A DNA stretch of 64,000 nt from positions 1-64,000 of the forward strand of contig CDMY01000348.1 in the NCBI GenBank assembly GCA_001179505.1. Direction: 5' to 3'. The notes beneath the pieces were generated by a model, which had not been told where the DNA came from, ran no database searches, and worked only from the letters and a program-made list of their open reading frames with translations. A program made the translations under genes and the position numbers. This document shows positions 50,501 to 60,900 of the stretch, in pieces. This DNA comes from Vitrella brassicaformis CCMP3155 (lineage: Eukaryota; Protista; Chromerida). Numbering within the stretch: the stretch's first letter is position 1; every line of letters starts with the position of its first letter.

Positions 50501-52315
50501 GTCCTCCCAGGGCTCGATGCCGCCAGCGGGATGCTGAGACAGACAGACAGACAGACACACAGACACACACCGTCACACAGGCAGAGACACAGACAGATGG
50601 ACTGTCTGTCTGTCTGTCTGTGGGGCGCTCGTGTATACCAGGTTGAGTGTGGTTGAGAGGCCTCTTCTGTCAATATATTGGAGGAACTTGGAGGGGCTGG
50701 GGAACAGAGTGCGGTCCCAGGTGTAGCCTGCAATGCATTTAACGCACACACACACACACACACAAGGCAGGAATGCACCACACCACCTGCTGCCGACTTC
50801 TGAGTGTCAACACCCACCCACCTGTCCATCCCTTGGGTTGGTGCGCCTGGTCTCTCGATGCGTTCATCGCCCGCTCCTTCTCGAAACTCGGGTGCCAATT
50901 CATGTCAATCACTGACATACCAACCACGCAACCACACACACACACACACACACGACTCTTTCTCCCGCTACCCCAGCCCGCGTCCCCTCTGCCCCCACTC
51001 ACCGAGCACGTCGAGTGGAATGTCCCTCTCCTCATACTCCTTGACAATGTCCCGGAGCTCCACATCGCTCCACGACCAGTAGCGCGAGTACCACCCGCCG
51101 TAGGCATATCGCGGCAGCAAAGGGATCTTGCCCATCATCTTACTCATCGCCTTAAGCGTCCCCTTGTAGTCGATGCCGTCCGGCGACCCATGGCCGATGA
51201 AGTACCAGTCGCGTGTGGCATGGCTGCGGGTGGGCACGTACCAGCATGATGGACCAGACTCGGGGTCCTCATCATAGCAGCACCCTCGACCCTGAGCAAA
51301 CGAAAGAATGAGCCACACCATGATGATGTCTGTGTCAATGGATGCCTTCCCTTCACCCTTTTCGTTCACCGACCAGGCAGTCGAGCGGCACAATGCTGTC
51401 CTCTCCGCAGCCCCGCCTCTCCTCCACCTTGACGGCCGCACACTCCTCGTCGCTCGCCTCATCGACCTGAGGTCGCTCGTACCAGCCGATGCCCATGGCC
51501 TGCATGTGCTCAGGAGGAGCGGTGAAGCGGGGGCGGTTGGTGTCGTCGACAACAGTGTAGCCCTGCGTCGACAGCAGACCATATGTGCAGTGGAGGTCGT
51601 AGCGGTCCTGGTTGGCGCAGTCCAGGTCAAGCCAGCCGTCAACGCCATCTGCAATGGGGATCAAGGAGGGAGAAGTGGGTGGATACATAAAGTTGGGAGA
51701 GCGCGTTCTGTTCTTATCCTTCCCCACCAACCAAGAGTGCGGACAGTGCCCAGCAGGTTCCCCTTGTTTGCGTCACCGACGCTGCACAGCACACAAATGA
51801 GAAACACTGTCTTCAGATAGATCGGGTCGACCTTTCCCCTCTTCAGCATGCCATGCCCACCCACCCTTCTGGCTTCGGAGTCCACACGACATCGCCCATC
51901 GTCACACGAAGATTCGACGGAGAGAACGCAGTCTGCGCACACGCACCCCAGCCAAACAGAAGACACCAGTAGTACCTTGCCCACCCCAAGATCTCCCACT
52001 CCGCCTACTCACCTTGGTCCCTTGGTCATACTCCAGCTTGAGCGCCTTGGTCGTGATGGTCACCGTCGACCCATTCCTCTCCACGTGATACCGCGGCACA
52101 TCCAGCTTCCTGTTGATGAAGGCAAACGTCGGCTCGTCCGTCCAGCGGCCGTCCTCCATACGAATGACGTCGTCCGTCAGCACCGTGAAGCGCGCGGACC
52201 CGGCTTGAACGATAGCCGCTGGGTCCGCTGCGGCAGTACTCATCGCTGAAGATGCAGATGCACGGGAGTGCATGCAACTCAATAAAGCGAGGGTGGACAA
52301 ACGGATGATCAGCAT
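47503..52315 (-). CDS. Secreted glycoside hydrolase family 31 (bacterial/GH31_u1-like) with an internal trefoil domain
   Basis: Signal peptide MLIIRLSTLALLSC; ARFTVLTDDVIRME; PLLPRYAYGGWYSRYW; DIPLDVL|VIDMNWH; DFWWLDWQQG; GFSGD; YWSHDLGGH; EMYTRWIQWGAFSP. Confidence 0.92.
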
Positions 52316-52480
52316 CGTTGGAGTGGTCAGAGCGCGAACGTCGGCCAAGACCTTTGACGTTAGGCGACGTAAGACGGACGCAGGAAAATGGCAGATTCGC
52401 GTGCCTGCGCAAGATGCATAATCAACCTTCACCATTGGGCCAATTGGAAGGCGGAACTCCCTTCCCGACCCTTGCAAGCC

Positions 52481-52489
52481 AAGCTCGCA
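52481..52489 (+). promoter_or_regulatory. RAGCTCGCR motif (AAGCTCGCA) within TGCAAGCCAAGCTCGCAGATCT
   Basis: In divergent gap 52316-52693. Confidence 0.5.
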
Positions 52490-52616
52490 GATCTTGAGCT
52501 TGCAGAGGCAAAACCGAAAAAGGACGCTGACGACGACCACAATACGACGCCGACGACGGCAGCACTTGTCAATCAATTGGAGAGGCGCTTCCTGAAACTT
52601 TCTGACTGCTTTCTGA

Positions 52617-52651
52617 GGTCATCGGCAAGGTCATCGGCAAGGTCATCGGCA
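52617..52651. repeat. 12-bp tandem repeat x3 (GGTCATCGGCAA)
   Basis: Seen directly, just upstream of the ferredoxin ATG. Confidence 0.9.
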
Positions 52652-52693
52652 GTGTGTTGGGCTCGTGCAGTGGCTCGGAGACCCATCAAAGCA

Positions 52694-53233
52694 ATGCGAG
52701 CGGCTCTTATTGAAGCAGCTGCACAGGCACCGAAGGTGACGTGTGTCCCCCGCGGGTGTCCTCTCGTCCCGTCAGTTGCCTGGTCCGCACCGCTCAGGCT
52801 ATCACAAGGCCGCATGCCACCACCATTGCCCTTCCTTCGTCGCTTCAACACGTTATCTGCATCGTCGGCCCCCAAGCTGCGCATAACGTTCGCCAGCTAC
52901 GACGGCTCAGAGTCGACCCCCTGCCCCTTCACGGCCGGCCAGACGATGCTGGACGTGGCTCTGGAGAAGGATGTGGACATCGAGGGTGCGTGCGGCGGTC
53001 AGTGTGCGTGTTCCACGTGCCATGTCATCATGAAGGAGGAGGACTACGGCAAGTTCCCCGAGCCGACGGAAGATGAGCTGGACATGCTTGACCTGGCCAT
53101 GCATCGGCAGGACACCTCTCGATTGGGATGTCAGCTTAAGCTGACGGAGGAGCATGACGGCATCGAGGTGAAGCTGCCGGCAGAGACGATAAGCCAGCTC
53201 GACGGCCCCCATGTGCCGACGGGGAAGGAGTGA
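52694..53233 (+). CDS. Mitochondrial-type [2Fe-2S] ferredoxin (adrenodoxin/Yah1 family), intronless
   Basis: IEGACGGQCACSTCHV, EDELDMLDLA, SRLGCQ; basic presequence before KLRITF. ATG at 52694 chosen over the upstream in-frame extension. Confidence 0.95.
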   Translation: MRAALIEAAAQAPKVTCVPRGCPLVPSVAWSAPLRLSQGRMPPPLPFLRRFNTLSASSAPKLRITFASYDGSESTPCPFTAGQTMLDVALEKDVDIEGACGGQCACSTCHVIMKEEDYGKFPEPTEDELDMLDLAMHRQDTSRLGCQLKLTEEHDGIEVKLPAETISQLDGPHVPTGKE

Positions 53234-53641
53234 ATGAGCATGCGGGGCTGAGCCAAATGTGTTGCTCTGAGTTGGGAGAGAGGTTTTTTGGGAGGCTGTC
53301 GTGTGTCGATCTTGCGCCCGAGCGCATGTTGATTCAACTGACCTGAGGTCCGCCAGTCGGCCGCCCTTTTTGTCTTTTTGGTGCATCATCTGTCGATTGT
53401 TTATATCCGTGTGTGAGAGAATGTGTTGCTAGTGCCAGCGTGACACTCATAAGACCATGGACTTTGTATGTTCGAATCAAGTATCGTCTTTGGATCTCGC
53501 AGACGTCTTCACCCTCCCATGTTCACCCTCTGCATGCACTCCCGTCTCTCCCACGAATTGGCAAAAAGAAAAGGAAAGGACAAAAGAAAAAGCGAACGAA
53601 ACGACCTTCCGGCTAGTATGAATGTGTTGCTGTATCTCTGG

Positions 53642-54250
53642 CTAGTAGTACTGGTACTCCATTGGCTCCTCATGTCTCTGGAGCCTCTTCCATTGTAGCT
53701 CAAGAAGGTGGTTCACCCTCTGTTGGCGGCGGCCCTCTATGTCATACGCATGCTGGAGCCACACGCAGCATGCGCAGCGGCTGAACAAGTGCTCCCGAAG
53801 CAGCGCCGTGTAGCCGTTGCGAATCCAATCCCTGCGGTTGGAGATTTTCTTGTAGGCGGCCAACACGTTTTCCACGTCACGCTGAGGCGTGCGGGCGAGG
53901 ATCGTGTTGGCCCTGTGCCAGGCGTTGTCTGCATCCTTGACGTCCTGGATCATGCCCAGGGCCTTCTCCAGGCCGCGAAGGTTGCATTCGACGGGGAAGT
54001 CTCTGTCGTCGTCTATGCCGCGGACCAGCTTCAAGACCAGGTTGCCGCCGCTCGGGCCCCACTTGGCGACGAGCTCTGCACGGAGCTGTGTCAGGGAGAG
54101 GCGCGTCGCGCAATAATGGGGGAGGTGAGGATCAACGTTGGCGCACACGTTGAGTCGGTCGTCGTCTTCCACGCCTGCGTTGGTCTCGGCATATTCGCAC
54201 CCTGCGTTGAGAAGGCGTCCGCAGCGAGAGACACACCGTACAAAAGCCAT
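53642..54250 (-). CDS. Hypothetical protein (~200 aa)
   Basis: Open frame with GC3-biased codons (DFPVECNLRGLEKALGMIQDVKDAD); no recognisable domain; start uncertain. Confidence 0.6.
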   Translation of the reverse strand: MAFVRCVSRCGRLLNAGCEYAETNAGVEDDDRLNVCANVDPHLPHYCATRLSLTQLRAELVAKWGPSGGNLVLKLVRGIDDDRDFPVECNLRGLEKALGMIQDVKDADNAWHRANTILARTPQRDVENVLAAYKKISNRRDWIRNGYTALLREHLFSRCACCVWLQHAYDIEGRRQQRVNHLLELQWKRLQRHEEPMEYQYY

Positions 54251-54663
54251 AACAGTGACACTGTTTATCCTACCTTCGGTGGGATAGCTCCCGCAATGGT
54301 ACACTGGGCCGACGAGCGTCGCATTCTCAGTGTGGGCCTTGAAAGCTGCAACGCAAATTGCATGCAGCACATCAAGCGCTGAATGCGCCGACGCAATGCC
54401 ACGTGTTTTCGTCCACTTACAGGCTTCCTTATTGCGGCTGTAGAGCGCATTTGTCGAGGAATACGCGGAGGAGATGGTGCTGATGCATCCTGCAGAAAGG
54501 AATGCATCCCACACGTGCATGCAAACGCCTGAATCATGATGCATCTGCATTCCGAGGTTCGTGCTGCCTTCAGCTCACCCTGCAGCATGCAGATAATGCT
54601 GATGATGAAAAGCAAAGGGAGGTGCGCCATCGCCGCGTGTCTTAATAGCCGCGTGTTCGTGAA

Positions 54664-54691
54664 GAGCGATCGGTTTGCGAGCGATCGGTTT
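54664..54691. repeat. 13-bp direct repeat GAGCGATCGGTTT x2
   Basis: Copies at 54664-54676 and 54679-54691. Confidence 0.9.
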
Positions 54692-54937
54692 TCGGGGCAA
54701 TCGTGATTCCTAGGCCAGGAATCACACAACGCGACTTCATTGACAGACGTTGGGCGGTGGTGAAGTCTCACTCAGTCACTTTGTCAGTCAGTCGGCCCCA
54801 CCACCCATCGACGCCCCTTGGCACATGCACACCGGCCCTTGCATAAACAGGCCATTCGTCCCGGCACCGAGATCACAGCAAAGGGATACACAGAGGGCAT
54901 GGCACGGGATGGAAAGACATCTACAAGCAAGTGACTG

Positions 54938-57900
54938 TCATGCTTCTTCTGCATCGTCGGCTTTGGGTTCTCCGTCCGGCATGAAGTGGGGATAGGCAGC
55001 GAAATCCACCGGCATGAAGGACACCTCGTCAGAACCCTGCACACACGTACACAAGGTCGTCCGCGCACTGAAGAGAAAGATACATTGCACGTGCGTCTTG
55101 ACGCACCTGTTTGGAGAATGCATGCAGGCCGACGCATTGAATGAGGTCGCTCTCCCTGCACTCATCCACCGGTCACGAGACAAAGAGACACACCTGTGTT
55201 GCCTGCACGATCAGGCTATCTCTAGGTACCTTGATGGGTTGAGCAGATGTAACGCTTGGCTCCTGAGCAGCCAGGGGTGGAGATCAGTCTCGTGCACATC
55301 CCCAATCCATACCACCTGACCCGAACGCCAATCACTTATCTGACAATTGGGGNNNNNNNNNNNNNNNNNNNNNNNNNNNNNNNNNNNNNNNNNNNNNNNN
55401 NNNNNNNNNNNNNNNNNNNNNNNNNNNNNNNNNNNNNNNNNNNNNNNNNNNNNNNNNNNNNNNNNNNNNNNNNNNNNNNNNNNNNNNNNNNNNNNNNNNN
55501 NNNNNNNNNNNNNNNNNNNNNNNNNNNNNNNNNNNNNNNNNNNNNNNNNNNNNNNNNNNNNNNNNNNNNNNNNNNNNNNNNNNNNNNNNNNNNNNNNNNN
55601 NNNNNNNNNNNNNNNNNNNNNNNNNNNNNNNNNNNNNNNNNNNNNNNNNNNNGGGGGGAATGCAATCCACCGAAAGTGCCCTCTGAATGTGTGTGTGTGT
55701 GCCTGTCTTTCTTCTTCCCACCCTGAGTCTGAAGTTGAACGTGTACATGACAGTGTCCCTTGGGAAGGTGCCCTCGAAAACCTCCACACGGATCCTGATA
55801 CCGAACAACCAACCAACCAACGCATGCAGTCCCCACCACGTGTGCTATCTGTGTGTCTCCTTTGCTCTCACCTTGGGTGTTGTGGGTCGAATGGCACATC
55901 ATGTTCCTTTACAGCAGCACGGCAGCTGTCGTCGCATGGCAGGGCCGCCCACCGGGCACGTTGGGCGGGAGGGACGCCCGCTTGCGTGGTCGCAGGCACG
56001 GCTGGCGGTGGGGGGAGCGACACGGCCTGCGCATCTGCCGGCTGAGAACCTTCGATGCGAGCCAAGCTCTGCAGACAAATGACACTCAAGGATCGGTCGA
56101 TTTGTGTTGTGTTTCCCCTGTTTTGCTGCATACCTGTCGGGGGGAGGGGAGGGGGTGAGCTGGTCCAGACACCTCAAGGGTGCGGCCGTCCGGAAGAACG
56201 CGCATACGGCTGACAATGACATCGACAAGCTCGCTCCTCTTTGACTCAATCTGAGGACATTGGTCAGATGAAGGGAGATCACCGACGGACAGAGGAGGTG
56301 TCCTTAGCGGCTCACGTACGTCCTCTGCCTTGACATCTGCAGACGGCTGCAGGCCGGCGGTGGTGAGGACGCTGTCAAGAGTGGGATTCACCACGTGGGT
56401 TACCATCTCCTGTGAGACACACACGTGTGCTGCGGTAGGCTGAACCTTGGTTACGGTGTGGATTTTCACCTTGTTGGTTAGGGGGTCGCTGAACAGCACC
56501 TTGAAGCGAAAGGTGCCATCGGCGCCCCTCTCTCGGAGAAGCGTGAGTATGCCTGACAAGCCGCTCGGCAATCTGTGTGTGCCGCGATGCAGCCGGTCCG
56601 TGTCCACGTCTGCGTAGAACACAACCAAAGAGACACACGTACATATCGCCAAATGACATCGAACCCTTTCTCTGTACCCTTGAGCGCGGGTCTTCTCTCT
56701 GGCGTGCCGCGGACAAAGTCGCCTCCCTGGACGCAAAGGCAGCCATTTCATGTCTGTCTCTATGTACGCGGAGTGAGTGGTTCACCTTGAGGAGTGAGGG
56801 TTTGAATGGTGCCTTGACGGCAAAGTACCTCTGGAAGAACCGCAGCAGCTGAATGCGAGGGGGGAAGGCGCGGGGGAAGGGCACAGATGACAGGCTGCAG
56901 CAAAAGAAAGACGAGGGAATGGCAGATTGATACATCTTGTGTCCTCCTCACCTCGTGAGTGCCTTGGGTGTGAGCGACTCTTCGGGGTACTTTTCGTCCA
57001 TTTCCAGCTGTTCCTTGGTCTTCATAGCCTGCATGAGCTGGTCGCTGTGCTTGTCGTGGATCAGACAGTGGAAGGCAAACTGATGAGATGGCTCGTATAT
57101 AGCGATCCGCAACACCCTGCCAGCAACAAGACACAGGGGACATCGAGGCATCAAGAACCAATGTGTCGATCGCTGACTGACCGTGGGTTGAAGTCATCGA
57201 CGACCACGATGGCCAGCCTGAGGCCTCCCACGTGCTTGATCTCAGTGTACACGCCAAGTGGCACGCTGGACAGCTTGTCGCCGAGAGGCAGGAAGTACAC
57301 TCCACCGCCGTCCTCCTCGCCATTGGCCGCCGAACCGCCTGTGCGGGACACCTCGAAGGCCAGCAGGAAATCCTGGCAGTACGTCTTCTTTGATATTGAG
57401 AAGTGAAGGACGTATTTCGCCTCTCCGTCGGGCTTGGCTTGTGGTGGCGTGCCGCCTCCTCGTTGGGTGGGGGGCCGGAGGCCGCCATTGGGGCGGACGG
57501 AGCGGGAGCAGGAGAAGACGACCTCAGAGTCGACCTCGAACGTGCTGTCCCTAAGGACATGCACGAGACAGCACATACAGAATTGCTGGACATCACTTGC
57601 GTGTGCCATGCCTTGGTTTGAATGGGAATGTGATGAGGGGGACGTGGGTGCTGAGGAGGCGCTGGGACTCGTCGGATGGGTACAGCTCCTGCCCTGCCGA
57701 CATGTCCTTGATCGAATCCGCAAACTCGCCATTCTCACCGAGCGTCCCAAACCTGTTTGTTAAAGGCAATTCAGTTGACCGCGTTTGTCGTCCTGTCTTT
57801 GATGTGACCTGAGAAGCTGTTCGACGATCTGTGCGACCTTCTCCCGCAGCGACCGCTCCACCAGCGTGTAGATGGCCTCGTCATGCAGAGTGAAACGAGC

Positions 57901-60900
57901 CTCCTGAAGCAATACACAAGCGAATCATTGAGGTGTGCGTTCAAAAAGTGGCGCTCCACAAACTCGACCTTTTTTGAAGTGTAGTTGTGGACGATGTATG
58001 TAACGCTGTGAGGGAAGGAGGACTCGTTCATTGCAATGTAATAGTCATTATCTCCAACACTCCTGCGATAGACAGGGACGAGTAGGTGCGAATGCCACAA
58101 GAGCTTCTTGGCATCGGCTTGCTTGCCTGTATTCTATGTAGAGCTTCTGCGGCTGCATGTCATCCTTGGTGGGCATCAGCACTTGCAGGGGGTATCTGTG
58201 CGTCGGCCAGTACACGCCCAGCCGGTGCCACTCCTTGATGCCGTACTCCCGTTTGCTGTCCACCGTCATGACCACGCCCTTCTCCCCTTCAGTGAGTGTC
58301 TCTTGCGTCTTGTACAGTCTCTTCCACCCAGTGCCCTGCACCGACGCCATGCCCGCCTCAAGCGGCGACCCACCCACTGCCAGCGGGCCGCGACGAACAC
58401 TCACACCGTCAGCCGGCCTGGATGAACACAAGCAACAAAGGATCAGCGGACAATGTGCCTCCCTGCTTGCCTACTTTGCCTCGCTCGTCACGGCGAAAGG
58501 CGATTCTTTCTCGTCTTCCGGTGGCGCTTCGGCGGGCTCGACAGGCTCGGGAGCACCTGCTGGCAGTGAGCGGCAGACAAGGGCGCGCTGAATGTCTTGC
58601 CCTGCTGTCTCGAGGGGCGTGATCTCTATCGACTGGATGATCCGCTCAAGGAGGGCCGGCTGATTTCACAGAGGAGGAAGTAGCCGAGCTTCAGAGCATT
58701 ATGGAATTGTTGCAATTGGCTAACCTTCTCTGCAGGGTCAAGGAGCGAGTGCACGTCGGATGGAAGGATGGATCCAAGGCTGCGGTCGTTCAGACGGAGC
58801 GAGAAGTATCGCTGCTCCCATTTGCTGAAGGCGACGACTAGGATGTTGTGCACACAGACGGCAGCGAGAGGCGCCTTCGGCTCGTCATAGAGGGCGATGA
58901 GCAGCGGCCCGCTGACGGCAGGGGCAATCCCATCGTCGATCTCCTTCTGCTGCAGGTGAAGGGCCACAGTGCGCTCGCGGACAATCAGTGCCTCATCTAT
59001 CTCATGCGTCATCAGCTTGTGACACTCCTGCAAGCCAGAGACACCACAAGTCTTTGCGTTGCACGCAACCCTGCTTCATCCACACGCACCTCTGCGGTGA
59101 GCGGATCGGTCTCTCCCTTGTCACGAGCAGGCGTCTCCATTGCTCTCCGGGAGAAGCCATCGCTCGCCGAGAGGACAGATTCAGGAGTCAGGTCGATGAC
59201 CAGTCTCCCTGCGTCGCCCTCGGTCAGCCTGACGCCCTTGGCCAGCTCGTAGGCAACAGCATCCCTGACCTTGGCGTCCCTCAGGTTGAGGTGGCTCGAC
59301 CCGCCGCCCTTGCCCGTCATCGCTCGGCTCACCAGGGATGGCATCTGACAGGACCGACGGCAATATCAATGTGTGCCATGTGTTGTGTGGCTTGGTTACA
59401 TGGTAGAGACGGGTAGAGTCGACGAGATACGTGCCGCGCTGTGCTGATGTGCCGTGGGTGGGAGTGGCTGTAACGATGAAGTGGATGAACGGGCGAAGCC
59501 GCTCATACACAGCCACAGTGGCACGGCATAACGTCGGCAGAGGCACCTCCTCAATCGCCTCTTCCTCTGCAGCCTTCTCTTTCGCCTCAGGAGCCTCGGC
59601 TGCCTCTGCCGCCTGTGTCTCGTCTTCCTTGGTCTCCCCTGCTGCTGCTGCTGCTGCTGCTGCTGTCGTGGGAGGAGGTTTGACCGGGAAGCTCTCATAG
59701 GTCCGCTCGACCGTGAGCAGAGGCTTTTCGCGGCTCTGCAAGGCCTTGTGTGTCAGCTCCTCCTCCACAGCCAGCCGCATCCGCTCCCTCTCATCCACCA
59801 CCTCCACAGGCCGCAACACGCCGTCCTCACCCTCACCGGGTTCCTCAACCACCCGTGGCGCCTCCTCCCTCTCCTCGTGCGTCTCCTCTGCCTCTTCCCC
59901 GGCGATCCGGGGGCCTGTTTCGGCCGCCCCGGCGGGGAGGGCATCTTCGATCAGCTCCGACTGGAGGAAGGCGAGCAGCTGGTCACGACGATTGGATGGA
60001 GGGGGGAGGGCCAGCCTGATGCGCTGCTCCGGATGGGGGTGAGACAGCACCTTGGTGAAGTCCTGATGAGTGACATTCACACGCATCTAGCGGGATTCGT
60101 TTTTTCTTGGCTCGTGCGATCCAACCTGGGTCAGAAGGACTGTTTGTGCGTAGGCCTCCCTCTGTGCGGTGATGGCCTCGACGCGGCCTGCTTGTGCGGC
60201 GCTCACGAGTGACGCCCACGCCACTCGCACAGCCACCGCCTGCTGCGAGTGCAGCTCCTCGGCAGCCAGAAGGAAAAGCAGCTCGCCGAATTGATGGCTC
60301 TCAGCAAACAGCGTCAGATTGTGCGGCGGCGCCACCAAAGCTCGCCCATTTCCTAATCGCGGTCCCGCCAGCGGCACTGTCAGCCGAGCCGTCGCGCAGC
60401 TGGCCGCCTCTGTGACACCAACCATCGCCACACGGCCACTGGCGTCCTTGCCGTCCACCAGTGGATTTCTCTTTATCCAAAAGTGGAAGAAACGGCCGCC
60501 AGCAACGATGAGGTCATCCCACACTCGCACATCGGGGGCAGCAGAGGTCGGGGGGAGAGATGGGGAGGGAAGAGTTGGAGCGGGGCGCCTGGGGCGGGTA
60601 GGGAACAGGGGTGTGATTGGTGGTGTGCCGGCCACCAGTCTGCGTGTTTTGTTGCGGTGGTCGATGGAGTCTTTGGCCTCGTCGGCCATGTCGATGTCGT
60701 TCAGGACCGTTGGAGGCGCGGCCACGTTCTCAACTGACAGAACAGAGGATGCCGAGAAAGAAGCAAATGGAGTGATCTGCCTGTCGGTATACCTGCACAG
60801 AGAATCTCGATGCGGTCCTTTTTGACCACACGGAGAGACTCTGACAGTACCTCGACGAGCTCGTGGATCATGTTGGAGTCCTGAGGAGGCACGAGCAGCT

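Noticed and set aside
52388-52693. N-terminal extension of the ferredoxin ORF
   Set aside because: It spans the divergent promoter and a 12-bp repeat; ATG 52694 already gives a plausible presequence.
55211-56045. ORFs containing X runs
   Set aside because: Artefacts of translating through the N gap.
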